Of a stretch of DNA of 64,000 nucleotides, positions 13,153 to 27,181 are shown piece by piece (position 1 is the stretch's first letter; every line of letters starts with the position of its first letter). The notes below the pieces were generated by a model that was not told the origin of the DNA, did no database searches, and saw nothing but the letters and a program-made list of their open reading frames with translations. Source of the DNA: Polymyxa betae A26-41 (lineage: Eukaryota; Protista; Endomyxa: Phytomyxea); contig RBZT01000546.1 in NCBI GenBank assembly GCA_003693705.1, positions 228,927 to 292,926 on the forward strand, in the 5' to 3' direction. A program made the translations under genes and the position numbers.

Positions 13153-15791
13153 TTATATGAGTAAAACCTCATCATTTTGAGACCGTTCTATTCTTTCGTC
13201 AATCTTCTGTGCTACTGGTTTGACCTCCCTTTCCGATTCTAACGACGCCTATTATGAATATGAGATCAGTAGCCGTATGGAGAGAAACGCAGGATTACCA
13301 AAAGAACCATAAGGTCGCCATAATGAGATTTGAGCTCTTCATGTTCAGACTGTAGCTGCTCATAATTTTGTTGAAGTTCCTCGAAAGAAGCATGATGCTT
13401 CCCTTCCGTTAGACAGTTCAATTCCTTTTGCGCCAAATCCAGTCGATATCTTGTGAGAGCAGCTTCATCTGTCTTATCAGCTAATGCCTTTAACGCTGAC
13501 GCCAAATCCGATTCCAGCTCTGCGATTTTGGATCTGGCCGCGATTAGTTCGTCTGATATTAACGACGACGGAATCATTTTTGGTTCGGACGGAGCAGCAT
13601 CGTCACGAAAAATAACCACCAAAGTGAGAATACGCGAATCACATAGATCAATAACTCGATTTGCTTGCTCAACAAAGTATGAGTCAAACAGCTGAAGCTT
13701 TGTGAGCAACATCGGCTCGTAAGACATCTCCAATCGCGGCTTTTGAAATTCTGCAGCTGATTGTAACATTGATAAACGCGACTTGAAGTTATCAACGCCG
13801 ATTTGAACCATTATGATGCGATGAAGCAAAGAGTTGTAAATCTCAGGATCAGCCACATCAAGGCAGAAAGCCCAGAGCAGACAAGACAGCCCAGAAACTA
13901 TGGGATCCATGGACTTCCACGATTGCCCAGCAAGGAGTGTTTCTGTAAGATGCGAGGCTTGCAATAGTGAATGTACAGCTTCTTGAGAGCTAACGAGAAG
14001 TTCGCAGAGCAGAAGTAGTAAAGAGATACGAACGCGAGCATCCGCATGAGATGAATCAAATGCAACTTGAATGGTTCGAATGATGCTGTCAAACAAACGA
14101 GGAGCTGGTCTGTCATCAATTGGTACTGATAAAGCTGTAGTAAGAGCTATCTGCTTAGCAACATCATTACGACGCCTACAAGTGTTCAGTGTCTCTGCAA
14201 ACGGGAATCTGACACAGCTTACGTTATGATAATTAGTATGCGACAGGTGGTCCAGAATAGTAAGCAGTCTCCGAGACATTTGATATCGTTTTGCCATCGA
14301 GACAAAGATTGAACCAACTCGGTTCCGAAGAGCCCGGTCCTATCAGAATCAGAATCAGGAGCCGGCGCCAAAGTTGAGACGGCAGATATTTGTGCAGGAT
14401 GGTTTTGATAAAAAAAAGATTCCAAAACAAAGAGTGCATTGGAGCAGATAATGACATCGGCACCATTCATTGCTAAGCGAAGATGATAAACTGAGAGTGA
14501 GCACGAATTAATAGTGAGATCAGAAAATACTGAACATGAGCTTTTACAGCCAATAAGGGATCGACCGACAACTCTGAGAAGGGAACATTTCATTTCCAAT
14601 GATACCATATCATGATCGATAACTTGATAAAGTGCATCAGCCATTCCTTGAGAAAAGAACTGAGATTGGAAAATTCCTGGAATGCGACATACTTGGGAGA
14701 TGACAGATAATGATAGTTCGAAGGAATGCACAATTTCTCGAGTAGATGATGATTCTACAGATTGTTCTGAATCCTGGTTCTCAGTTTTCGTAACATCATG
14801 AGAACCATTGCCACTTTTTAGAGCTTGCAAATTTAAGAGAAGGATTTTAGGAATACGCTGAATACAGCCTATTTCCCCAAAATACTTCACGTTGGAATCG
14901 GTGCCTTGAAGCAATAAAGCAATTAGCCTGTAGCAATCACAGGCAACAACTCCAGAGCCGCCCTCATCAGTGGCGATTTCTAGAAGTATCTCAAAAAGCC
15001 CATCAAAAACAGCAATCTTTTGTATGGTAGGATTGTCTTCAGCCAGCGCTTCGAGCAGCTAAAACAATCTTAGATAACAATCAATAAAACATGAAACATG
15101 TTGAAATAACCAGAATAGCATCATTGCGAAGAATTTCTGGAGTGTTTATGAGAAGCTCCACGATGGATTTTACAAAACCAGAATGACAAAGAACGAATTC
15201 CTAATCCGTATAATTTAGGGATTATTTTCAACGGATTGCGATGCATTACTTGAACGCGAGTTCGCTGAAATTTCAGCGAGTTGAGAATTAATCGAAGAGC
15301 GAACAATCTAACCGGCAATGCACGAGGCTCAGTGAGACATTGATGGAAGTTGGTAAACAATCGGTCGCAATCCAGCATCATTTCAACATTTCTTGTAGCA
15401 TATTCTTTTATATCCACAGTATCAACTTGCTCTGTAATTAAGCCAAATCAAAAACCAAGCTAAATGGTATGATAAAGCAATATATACCATCGGATGTAGT
15501 TCCCTCCGTTTTCTGTATTAAATCGCTGGTTAACGCTACCAGAGTTTTCATAATCTCAGAGCAGACGTCTTCATCGTCTCGTTGATGATCATTCTCAATT
15601 ATATCGACGAGTGCCTTGGTCAAGACCTCAGCCACACGAGATTCAGTAAGATCCGGAAGCGGCAGTTCAGCCAGCTGCTGAAGAGCATCGATCTTCTCAT
15701 CTATAACAGTGGAGTGCTGGACTCGCGATAATAATCTATCTATGGATCGAACGGTGTTGGATGCCGACCCCCCTGTCAAGAAGGAGAACAT
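13153..15791 (-). CDS. USO1: Vesicle tethering factor Uso1/p115
   Basis: IDRLLSRVQHST N-terminus, IQKIAVFDGLFEILLEI..EGG..VV.DC armadillo-head motif, and a C-terminal coiled coil ending in DLMVLL. Confidence 0.85.
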
Positions 15792-16000
15792 GAGACAAGT
15801 GCCTGTCTATCAGCAGCTGATAGTTACTACTGATAGTTACTACTTGTAATTGTAAGCTGCTTGCTGGCAGTACCAGCATCATAGACTGATGACATTGGGA
15901 CCCTTCAAGCAGGCCTCCGCTCCGCAAACAACCAAATAGGTAGCTACATATTCAATCGCAATAATACAACGTATATCATTACATTGGCGTTTAGTATGAT

Positions 16001-16963
16001 TCAAACGATTCGTTCCAGTTCGGTTGCATAACCAAGAGTGTGCTTCATAAGCTCGTGAGCAGGAATATAGAATGTCTGGTCTGCAGCCGGTCGAAACTCG
16101 ATCGTGTTGTTCTTGATTTGCCAGCCACGGCTGGTGCAGAATTCGCCTAGCTTCTGTGCATCTGATAATTTTAACAATTTCAGAGCATCGTTAACAGATA
16201 ATTGCTGATATGCTTTCTCGGCGCATTCAGCAATGTTGTCTCTAGCAGCATTTACGAGAAAGTCGACAAAGAACTTATATTCTGGGAATGGGACGTTAGA
16301 ACTAGCGTCCCAAAGAGCTCTGTAACTTCCTTCCATTAATTCCTGCTCCAATGTAATGGGATATGCAATAAATTCGTTGCTGTGCGAATGAATTGGTAGA
16401 AGTTCAAACTCGGTATGGAATTCAGCGATTCGGGATTGTGCCAATAATTTGAGGAGATGCAGGCCCAAAATTGGCCATTTCTTTGGCGATTCAGGCAAGG
16501 AAGCGCTAAAAAACTCTGGCTTAAATTTTGGCAAAACGGCAGAACGAAATTTCCTACGCATAATCAAAGTAGTAGGGCTTCAGCTGGACAAAATTCAACT
16601 CAAAAGACTCGAGATCTTTCTGATGAAGACTAACAAGCACTGCTAACTCGTATCCCTGCCCTAAAAACCAGTTCATACGAAAATCGAAGAGCAAATAATA
16701 GATGAATTACGAGCTGTTAAAAGATGCTGCCGAACTTCAGCATTATTGAGATCGACTGGAGGGGTAATAGGCAATTTCAACAGGCTCAGCTAAAAAAAAA
16801 AAAAATGTCATTCCAAACGAATTGCAGATAGATACGAACTGATTAAGGGATATGGTTCACATACCTTGAAAGAATTCACCAGAGTCTGGCATTTGTTGAA
16901 ATCAGGGGTTTTGCTGGAGAAAGCGGCTTGTAAGTCCTTGAGAATCTTGGCACATTCGGTCAT
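16001..16963 (-). CDS. RPN12: 26S proteasome lid subunit Rpn12/PSMD8
   Basis: QLKPYYFDY, ILGLHLLKLLAQSRIAEFHTEFELLP, LEQELMEGSY and C-terminal YATELERIV. Confidence 0.95.
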
Positions 16964-17085
16964 GGCTGGTGTGTAATGAGATCACAAGATAAACAAGTGA
17001 CAAGGACCAGATAGACGATCAATAGCAACAGAGGCTAGATGTATAGAGATATGTGATACAATCGAGATGTCACGTAATTCCACAC

Positions 17086-17118
17086 TCTCACTCTCTCTCT
17101 CTCTCTCTCTCGCTCTCT
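17086..17118. repeat. (CT)n/(GA)n microsatellite in the Rpn12-CSN3 divergent intergenic region
   Basis: Run of ctctctctctctctctctct is directly visible. Confidence 0.85.
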
Positions 17119-17506
17119 ATCCCGTAGTTAGACTCAATAATCATACAATCAGGTTCACATTCTCATATGTGTGAACTCAGTTCGGTTCCAAAAATTGATT
17201 GGTACATTTTCACTGAGATTCATGTTTATTTTCACTCATTAGATTGAGCAATGTTATCAGCCTTGCTTCATTCAATGGCGTATCGCATTTTTTTAGAAAA
17301 TAATACGAAGCTAATTACTGGAAGTTTTGCATTCAGTATAATGCATTACTGATTAACAATGAATAATTAATAGTTGATGTATAATTTCTGACAGGCTGCT
17401 AATAATGGAGTAGTGAAATCCCGTTGACACTATGTAGTGCGGTGTAATCGGTGTCGGCCGTCAGCCTCATTTGTTAGTTTCATAGAATTTATTCGCAAGT
17501 AGCTAG

Positions 17507-18998
17507 ATGCATCCAGAATCTCATGCATCTGCTAGTCCAAGGAAGCCTAATGCTGATTCAATGAAACATGTGAAGGAGGAGATGACGGTCAAGGCCGAGA
17601 AAAGCTTTCGTGATCACTGCTTCTTCTCATCTCTGGAACCCATCGTTCAGGTGTTTGTCCTGTAGGTCTTGTAAATATCTTTAATTTTGCATTCATCTTG
17701 TTTACCTTTAGTTTAGAGATTCAATGCTGAGCGTAAAAAAGTTATCAATCGATTATCGTAAGGCGTTCCTCACCTGCTGTCTGAACTTTTTGAATTCGGC
17801 AAACAACGATTCCTTCGAGGCTGCACCCCCTAAAGGTTTACAGTACACATCTGGTCTGTAGCCGATTTTCTAATTCTTTATCTTGAAGTGATGCATATCG
17901 TGCGCTCTTTTGTTCAATCTGATTTCATCTCGATGCCGGAAACTAGAGCCATTGTTCTACCTTTAAGGCGTTGCTTGGAACGTATTGTTGCTGATAGACA
18001 TGCCATTACTGCCTTACATGCCGTCTTTGTCCAACTTTGTGTATCACTTGGTAAACTTATTGCCCTACGGGTGGTTCCCAAATATTTATTGTGAATGCTT
18101 TTCCAGATATGTATGATGTGGCATTGCCCTTGGTTTCATCACCTATCTATGACATTCATTCGACTTTTCTTCCTACATCACTGGAGTATTTGTCGTTTCA
18201 TTACTTCTCAGGACTCGTTTATGCCGCCTTCAAACGATTCGATAAAGCTTTATCTAGTTTTGATCTTGCCATCGGTGCCATTTCTGTCCAGATCAGCGCC
18301 ATTCAGATTGCTGCATATAAGAAACGTGTGCTAATCGACATCATTGTGAATGGTTCTCATACACCATTGACCAAGCTAATATCTCCAATTGTCGTGAAAA
18401 ACATCGAGACTTTATCAGCACCTTATCATCAGTTTACAGTTTCTGCTGCCCTTGGGCATCAATCGTTAGAAACTTCGTTTCGGGAGCATCAAGGCCAGCT
18501 TTTGCAAGATGGCAATATTGGCCTCGCCAAGCAGGCTCTCTCGTCTATACAGAAAATGCAAATTGCCAAATTGGCTGGATCATATATGACGCTATCGCTG
18601 TTTGAAATTGCCAAAATGATTGGCATCGAGAACTTGGCTTCTGTAGAGGACATTGTCCTCTGTATGATTGAAGAGGGTTCTATCAATGCCACCATTGATC
18701 AGTCCAGGCAGATGCTAACGTTCTTTGATGATTCCGGTACTTTCGCAGATCAGGTCTGTATCCATAGCATCCTTTAAGTTCTACACTTAAACTGGGAATT
18801 TAGGAATCATTGGATAAATTGTTCGAGCAGTTGCAAGAGATAAGTGCTGCTCACGATCGTGTTCTGGCTAAGAATATAGCCTTAGCTACAGATAATAGGT
18901 TCTTATCCAAATCAGTTGAGAGCCATTCAAACCCTGAAGCTGGCATGTTTTCCACCTCAGAAATGCCTTTTAGTGATATGCATCAACTTTTTGGATGA
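17507..18998 (+). CDS. COPS3: COP9 signalosome subunit 3 (PCI protein)
   Basis: TALHAVFVQLC, YLSFHYFSG, AYKKRVLI, DGNIGLAKQ, YMTLSL and MIEEGSINATIDQ match the CSN3 pattern. Start codon is uncertain. Confidence 0.85.
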
Positions 18999-19241
18999 TT
19001 CCTGTATTTGGCTGATGAATAAATTCCTGAGATGATTACTTTATTTTATATTATTTTGATAATATCGTATCAATGGCTTCTTTCATGTACCAACTGTTCA
19101 GAAAACGTGAAATGTGAATCTGATACCTGATTGATCCGCAGTGTCAAAGATTTAACGTTTACGCTGTTATAGAAATCGTTTTCCGATATTCGATTTGGGG
19201 TGACCTGCTTTTAACAGTATCTGTAATCAGCCATCTATTGA

Positions 19242-19862
19242 ATGGAGTCGACCATCTATGCCCAGGCTTCTTGCTCAAATCTCCATCCTGATTCTGATTT
19301 CTTTAACAATGCTCCAGTTATTCCCATTTATTCACTGCCTTTTGCCCCACCAGACCTTCAAGGTAGTTTGCTGTTCTATATTAATAAGTTATGCTTATCG
19401 CCTTGATAAGGTCAAAGGAAATCCGACCCATTTCAAGATTCAATATTGAATCTCAGCATTGTAATTTGAAATGAATCTGCTTCGTTATGTAAATAATGAC
19501 AAACTGAGTCTTAGGCAAGCCGAAATGCATCCGTATCAGTAGGAAACCAGAATCTATCCACAACCGGCAGAGGCAGATATACAAAATCATCTGTATTCGT
19601 TGAACCTTTTTCAATTCGTATTAACAATAAGCCTTCCTTGAAAGAACAATGGGAAAAAGAGAGAGCCGAGGTCAAAGCCAAGAAAGCAGCCAAAGAGAAA
19701 CAAGCCAGCCAGCCGTTTGAAAACCCACGATGGGCAGAGCCTCAAATCTCCAACGACTCTGCTGACAGGATCAGGGTTTCATCGTCTTCCAGTCTTCATC
19801 GCAGAATCGTCACTAATCCGATCGACACTTCAAATGCCAGGCGTTTCAATCTTGATAACTAA
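19242..19862 (+). CDS. Hypothetical low-complexity protein (3 exons)
   Basis: ATG 19242; two GT-AG introns join in frame to ORF 19638-19862. Confidence 0.5.
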
Positions 19863-20136
19863 AATCTATATATAGGAGCACGCTGTCTTTGTTGGCCATG
19901 ACGATTAATAATCGAATGCTGTTGTCGTCGTGAGTTGAACGTAGTCCAGTAAGATTATGTTGGAAATCAATTTCGATGAGCGTATATGCAAGGTCAGGTA
20001 TGGCCAGACAGAACTGGTGTTGGCTAGTCGCACCGCCCAGACGTCCCTTTAGACTTATTGCGGAGGTGAAAGTTCTGACTGCTGCCAGAATGAACCGTCA
20101 GTCAAGCATGAGCGTCACCTCCTGCGTTCGGTCAAC

Positions 20137-20877
20137 ATGGCAACAAACGGCATGTCCTTCTTGCCATACATCGCTCATTTCCCATTTAGCATTGAACAGT
20201 CATCGACAACGGGAACCCGTTACTCCCTACCGATTCCATCCCTTGACAAGACTGCTGAGCGTTCCCTGATTCTGATCATACTTTCGCGTATCACTTCCTT
20301 CATTGCATATCGCTTTTTATCGGCGTGCACGATTGTCGCCTTGTCACTCGACAGCCTAATGATGGCTCTGGATGCTGATTTCCCGTATGGATTTTGGATT
20401 TGTTTCTTGCCAAATTTCTCTAAGGTAAATGTTCTCAGTGACAAAGATGAATCGGTCATCCAGTGCAAAACTGGCAATGACAAAGAGAATGGACTGCGTC
20501 TTTCGTTTTCAAGCAGTAAAGTTGAGATGAGGCGGGATTCGATCAGCATCAAACCGTCGTCTAAAATTTCAGTAATGGGGCCAAGGGCCAGATCCGGATC
20601 CGATATTGAAAAGATGTACTGCAAAATTTTCTTATCAGTAAATACAGTTCATCACTGCCGCTGTTCAAGGCATGGAATCAAAGCAAGCCTATCACCATCT
20701 GGTTTTTTTTCCAGATTGTTTAGACGCTTCAAAGCAGAATCGGATCCAGATGCGACCGTTTACACTGCTCCTTCTCTAGTTACAAGGTCATGTATGAATG
20801 ACACCAGCAGTCGGAGATGGTTCTGGCCGGCTAGGAGAAGCAGGACATATTACACAGTGACGACGTCCAAGACTTAA
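20137..20877 (+). CDS. Hypothetical protein (start and intron structure uncertain)
   Basis: 246-aa ORF, Ser/Arg-rich. It may contain in-frame introns, and the true start may be near 20358. Confidence 0.45.
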   Translation: MATNGMSFLPYIAHFPFSIEQSSTTGTRYSLPIPSLDKTAERSLILIILSRITSFIAYRFLSACTIVALSLDSLMMALDADFPYGFWICFLPNFSKVNVLSDKDESVIQCKTGNDKENGLRLSFSSSKVEMRRDSISIKPSSKISVMGPRARSGSDIEKMYCKIFLSVNTVHHCRCSRHGIKASLSPSGFFSRLFRRFKAESDPDATVYTAPSLVTRSCMNDTSSRRWFWPARRSRTYYTVTTSKT

Positions 20878-21019
20878 TTCCTTAATCATGATTTGAATAT
20901 TGGTGGTCTTCATTATGGCATTTTTGTGTCTAGATAACTTTATTACAGAACACTCAATGCACTTTGAAAGAGACATAAATAAATAATTAATATGATAGAA
21001 TACATTTGAGTAGTTAATT

Positions 21020-23036
21020 CTACCGTGTTGGAGCGTTTTGGGGTGATGAAAAGAAGGCACTTTGCTGTACCGGATTTGCTTGATATTGATATCTAACTGG
21101 AGTCGTTACTGGGTTAGCATTGTAATCCAGTTTAGACGGTGACGTATTCGGTAAATGGGGAAATGACGTCATTCCATCAAAAGATTTCTGGAACGACGAC
21201 GCGGAGGTGAAGTCGGATTTGTAGGACCGATGCGCTAAAGCAGACATCCTAGGGCCCTTGGAAGCTGCCTCTTTCTCCTGCAACTGACTGTTCAGCATGT
21301 TTATCATGCCGTTTTGAGACGTAAGTCTCTCTTTCGATTCGTCGAGTTCCTTTTTGGTTTGGAGAATTTCAGCATCTTTTGCCTGAAGATTTGATTGCAG
21401 CCTGTTGATATCAGATCGAAGTTCCGAAATATTACGAATCAGCGCTTCAGTTTCTTGTTTGTTCTTCTCAAGAATGGCTTCCTGTTGCAGAACTACCGTA
21501 CCTAAGAAGAAATTGGGCTTGCAATTGAGGACTATCGAGATACTGTACCCTTTAGCCTCACTTTGGATTTTGCAGATTTTAGCTCGTTCTGCAAAGCCTG
21601 TATAATCTGATTTCCTTTCTGTATCTCCTTGATACATTCGTTTAGACGCCGTTCATCCTTTTGAGCACTATCTTTTAGTTGTGCAATGGACTGCTCTAGA
21701 TGCGTCTTCTGCTCATTTGTGGCGTCCAGTAAAGACTGCACTTTTTGACAAAGCGACTCCTTATCTGTGAGTTGTTGTTCTAGCGATGCGACCCTAGCCG
21801 TCAACTTCATCCTAATATAAGTAAAAGTAGAAAGCACAGATGATAAATACACTGACCTGCCCCTTTTCCTTTTCAAGACTCAGCACCTGGATATCTAAGG
21901 ATTCCTTCAGACGCTTCACCCGAGCTTGTTCCGTTACTGAATGTTCCAGCTCTTGAGTTTGAGTGGAGTGCTTGGATTGAAGTTTTTCCAAGGAGTGCTT
22001 CAAGTCGAAATTAGTTTGCGTGAGCTCCTGAATTTGCACTTGTGCAGACTCAAGTTTCGATGTGAAACCGGCCAACTGATTTCTGTAATCACTCTCCAAC
22101 GACTTCTTCTCGTCATCGAACTGGATTTCAGCTTTGCGTTGTTGCCGAGCAGCTTCTTCTTTAGCATGTGAAAGTTTTTCTGTGAAATCTAGAGTCATAG
22201 AATTTCTCTGACTTTCGAAATTCCTTAAAGAACTATCATATTCACTCTTTAACCTAGAGAGGTCCAATTCCCTATTTTTAAGAGAGCACTGGTATTCATT
22301 ACACTCAGCTTGTAGGGTTGAGCACCGCGTCTAAAACCAAAGTGAGTAAAGTGATTACGATGGATTGGATTTGCAAACTTTTAGTGCTTTGATATTCACA
22401 GACAAATGTTTTTTCAGAACATTATCTGTGGCTTGTACGGCTTTAAATTTGATCTGATCGATACGTCTTCAGCAATAATTAGAGTCAGAACGTCACCCAG
22501 TGAGTGTATTATCTTACCGAAATTCGCTTGTCTCACAAACTGCAAATTCAGCGAAACCAGGCGGTGTACTTGGTAAAATCAGCCTTGCTGCATATCTAAA
22601 AATAAATGACAGCACTGGCATCGGAAAATAAATGCATACCTTGACGATTGAACTTTGATACGTTGTAAAATGTCGATAACATGAACATGTAATTGAGAGA
22701 AATCGATCAATAAATTCAGATCATTCTTTAGCTGCGAAAAGTCTTCTTCACTTATCGAAACCATATAAAGAAACAGCGGATCTTGATCGTCTACAATCTC
22801 AACTAGAAAAACAGATGTTTTCCGGCTTGTATCTGTACGAGACTTGGCTTTTATCATTAGAGTAGCCTATAGGCGTTCAGATGGAATATTGGGGTCAAAA
22901 GGAAGCGTACAGTTTTTTCTTCCCGATCATGGTTCGGATATACGAGCTGAACGGGAAGTTCCTGTTCGTGTAACAGCCGATCCTCTGTGCTACTGGAGAA
23001 CAGGGACATATCCGACAGATCAGCTGCCAAGCGCAT
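21020..23036 (-). CDS. SASS6: Centriole cartwheel protein SAS-6
   Basis: Head domain DQDPLFLYMVSISEEDFSQLKNDLNLLIDF and ETSEF, then a long coiled coil with RVASLEQQLTDKE and EIQKGNQIIQALQ..K.K..VVLQQE. Start is 23036 or 23009. Confidence 0.92.
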
Positions 23037-23778
23037 GGCTGGCGTCAACAGTAAAAAAATGCTGACGACTAAAGCGCAGGTAGATTATGCAAAATGTCTG
23101 CAGTATCCAGTTGCAATCAAAAATTAGGCGGAAATGCTCTCCCTCTCTCTCTCTAATAGCAGATACAGAGACACGGTTAGAGACGCTCCTATCTAGCCTC
23201 TCCGCTTGTTGTCTGTTACAGGACTTTTCAACGGCCCTTTTACTGATAATGTTACGTATACCAGGCAGGACAGTCTTCCTGATCAGATTTAGTTTGGCGC
23301 GCAAACCACTTCCTAACAAATCCAACCGAAAATTCCGTGTACTACGCCATACTATGGTAAACAATCAACGATCATCCTTTCTGCATTTTTCTGTTGGATG
23401 TTGCCAGATCGCTGGTCTGACCTCTGGGATCCGTCGCGATTACCCGTAAGAAATCCCAGATGTAAACTAAAAATACTACGAATGGCAGATCATGCCATGT
23501 AATTATCTTCCAGATTCGTCTAACCTTGAACCCGATTTGGAATGGGCATGGGGCCAGGTGTTGGAATTGATCATATTGAAATTGGAAATTGAACAGAGAG
23601 CCTTTGGGCACTATGTTCGGTCTTTAACAATCACTATAATTTCGGTCTTGAATCTTGTGCAAATGGCCCGTTACAACTCATCAATGCTCCCGCTACTGCT
23701 CACAACCAGTCTAACAAACTACATTACAGTGTACAGTGCCAGTAGACATTCAATTATCATTTCTTTCTTGACGTTGTT

Positions 23779-26700
23779 ATGTTGTTCCAGCTATTGGCAA
23801 TCCTGATTGTGGTTGGCGGTCAGGCTACGAATACAGCTTCTGACCTTCCCTTTCTCAACATTCATATTGTGCCTCACACCCATGACGACGTAGGCTGGCT
23901 GAAGACTGTTGATCAGGTCGATCACATTGAATTCGAAGGAGCTTTGAGCAACTGATAAGGAGTTAGTACTATGTAGGTTCAAAAACCGAGATTCAAAGAG
24001 CTGGTGTTCGGTACATTTTGGATACCACCATTGAGGAACTGCTTAAAGATCCAAACAAAAGATTTATTTACGTTGAAGTCGCATTCTTCGAAAGATGGTG
24101 GGAGGAACAAAGCGATGATCTGAAAGCGAAAGTGAAATCACTAGTAACAAGCGGCCAGCTGGTATTCATCAACGGTAAGCATTGCCAACTTACATAATCA
24201 AATTAGGCATAATTTATTATGTAGGCGGCTGGGTTATGAACGATGAGGCTTGTGTGTATTACCAATCTGTTATCGATCAGATGACACTTGGTCACCGATT
24301 TCTCAATAATACTTTTGGAATTCAGCCGTCCATAGGTTGGGCTGTTGATCCATTTGGGCATTCTTCACAACAGGTTTTTAATCTCCCTGTATATGTCGGA
24401 GCATAGAAATGATCGTGGTATTAGGCGTCGGCTTTTGCCGATATGGGATTTAACGCGTTCGTTCTTGGTCGTATAGATGATGATGACCGAGCATATCGTA
24501 GACAACATCGAACAATGGAGTTCGTATGGGAACCTAGTCGCACTGCAGGACCTAATAAACAGATTCTCGGCGCCATTACACCCACTGGTTATTGTAAGAA
24601 CATTTTCTCCATATACCATGTGATTTTTTAATGCTGAACTGTAGACCCTCCCGATGGATTCTGTTTTGACGACAATTGTGCGGATGATCCTTTGCAGGAT
24701 CGAACCGATCTGTTCGACTACAATCTTGAAGAGAAAGCAGATCGATTTGTTAAGGAAGTTCGCGATTGGGCTAGCTGGTACAGAGATGGGGAAATGATGT
24801 TAACAATGGGGTAGTGCAATACAATATATTGTTTATCAATAATTAACTATTTTGCTGTTTAGGGGAGATTTCCATTACTCGAATGCTCACATGTTTTTCT
24901 CGAACTTGGACAAGCTCATTGCCTACTTCAACAATAATGTCGATACGTACAAGATGAAGCTGTTTTATTCCTCTCCTGTCGAATATTTCAAAAAAAGAAA
25001 CGAAGATCCCGCTCCATTCACTACGAAGACGGGCGATTTCTTTCCGTAAGCAGAATTTACTTGATCTTTGTTTCTATTCAATTGACATCAGTGTTTAGAT
25101 ATGGAACATTTGAAGGGCATGGATACTGGGTTGGGTATTTCACATCTCGTCCTGCATTGAAACGACTTGAACAAGTGTCGAATGCTCATCTTCAAGTTTG
25201 TAAACAGTTGCAGTTTATCGCCAATGCGGAAGGGGACGTTGAAACTTTGAAACGAGCTCTGGCTATTGCCCAGCATCATGATGCTGTTTCAGGAACAGAG
25301 AAGCAACATGTTGCAAATGATTATGCTAAAAGACTCGAGATCGGCAACTCTGAATGTGATCACGTAATCAATAATGCGATCAAGAAATTGTCTACAAGCG
25401 ATAACGCCCAGTTCAGCAGATGTCCGGATCTGAATATTAGCAGTTGTCAGATATCACAGACGTCAGATTCGTTTTCGGTTATTGTCTATAACAGCAAGGT
25501 GCAAGTTACTCAAGAGTTAATTCGTATTCCAGTGGACAGCCCATTGTGGTCTGTTGAATCTGCCGATGGAAGTGCCTGTCAGATTCAAATTTATTCCAAC
25601 ATTCCTGATCAAGCCTCCTCTAAGCAATCATCTATCTACACATTAGCCTTCATTGCTACAGCGCCTGGGCTAGGTTATACTGTTTACAATGTCAAGAAGA
25701 TCACATCTAACAGCCTACTTACGCCATGGGTTAAGCCAGATCCTGCTGATCCAATGGAGTACATGATCGAGAACGGTCAAGTAAAAGTCCTGTTCGATTC
25801 AGAAACCGGCTTGGTTAACTCAGTTGTGAACAAAGCCGATGGAACTAAAGTGAAAGTGAACCAATATTGGGCTTCATATCTGAGTCATGATGGTCGTGGA
25901 GGACCTGTTGCATCTGGTGCCTACATCTTCCGACCCGAGACTCAAGAACCTGGACCCATTAGGCCGAATTCTAATACCATTCGATTTAATCGAGGACCCG
26001 TCATCAATCAAGCTCTTATAACGGTATGCTGAAATTTCCACTGAGTTTAGCTCGTTCATTAATGTGCTATCACAGTTTGGTGAGATGATATATCAAACTG
26101 TTCGACTGATTGAAGGTTCAGAGGCAGTCGAAATTGAGTTTACGGTTGGACCTATTGACGTCAGTGACGGGATCGGAAAAGAAGTTGTTGCTCGTTACGC
26201 CACCAACATCGAGAGCAACGATAAGTTCCGTTCCGATTCAAATGGGCGAGAGATGATAGAGAGACGAAGGAATTACAGAGAGACTTGGCCATTGGTGAAC
26301 AAAGAGCCTGTTGCATCAAATTATGTCCCTGTTAGGACAGCTATCTCTATTGATGACGATCATGCAACCTTAACTATTCTAACCGATAGATCGCAAGGTG
26401 GATCCAGTCTTCAGTCCGGTCAATTGGAAATCATGGTTCATCGACGTAATCTACACGATGATCAGCTAGGCGTTGGTGAACCTCTTAACGAGCCAGGACT
26501 TGACGGAAGAGGATTGATAATTCGAGGTACGCATACATTATTGATCAGCAAACGGAACCGAGCTGCTGCGCTTCACCGATTCCATCAAGAACGTATCGCT
26601 CACCCTGTAGCTCTCTTGTTCTCTACTGGATTTCAGATGCCTGTCCAGCAATTTTCTGCTATCAAATCGGCTCTACCAAGTAATATCCAGATTGTCACGC

Positions 26701-27053
26701 TTGAGAAAATCGATGAGAACCGCGTTATTCTTCGTCTTGGGCATATGTTCGCCATTGATGAAGATGACGATCTTTCAAGACCCACTCAGGTTAATCTGCA
26801 AGATCTGTTTAAAGAACGCTGCATTTCAGATGCTAATGAGTTAAGTTTATCAGCTAATCAACTGAAATCTTCCATGAAGAGATGGACATGGAAGACCACA
26901 GATAAAGACAACACGAAGCATTTGAAATCTGAAGACGACTCAAATCCGTTCGTCGTGTCACTTTCTCCTATGGAGATTCGTACTTGGGAAATTATATTCT
27001 CACAGTGCCAGAACATTATTCTGCCGCAAGCATTAACTGTTACCACGAGTTGA
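23779..27053 (+). CDS. MAN2B1: Lysosomal/vacuolar alpha-mannosidase (GH38)
   Basis: Signal peptide [16 protein letters not shown], then [54 protein letters not shown] and SGAYIFRP. Confidence 0.95.
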
Positions 27054-27181
27054 ATCGTTGATGTTTAATTGATATATTGTTAACCATTACCTGGATAAAA
27101 AATGGAACATTCGATGATTAAAAAAAATGAAGTTGAGAAGTCTCGGAACTGCGTCAAACCCCTTGTTGGTTGCTTTTCTTG

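Noticed and set aside
16790-16805. Poly(A) run as a retro-insertion scar
   Set aside because: On the coding strand it is the polypyrimidine tract directly before an intron AG in Rpn12.
20220-20624. 134-aa antisense ORF as an overlapping gene
   Set aside because: No recognisable motif; fully nested in the longer plus-strand ORF.
21805-21860. GC-AG intron in SAS-6
   Set aside because: Ambiguous: a GT donor with a downstream AAG acceptor preserves the frame equally well.
23020-23806. Overlapping 79-120 aa ORFs between SAS-6 and the mannosidase
   Set aside because: No motifs; they lie in a divergent promoter/5' UTR region. The mannosidase has its own signal-peptide ATG at 23779.
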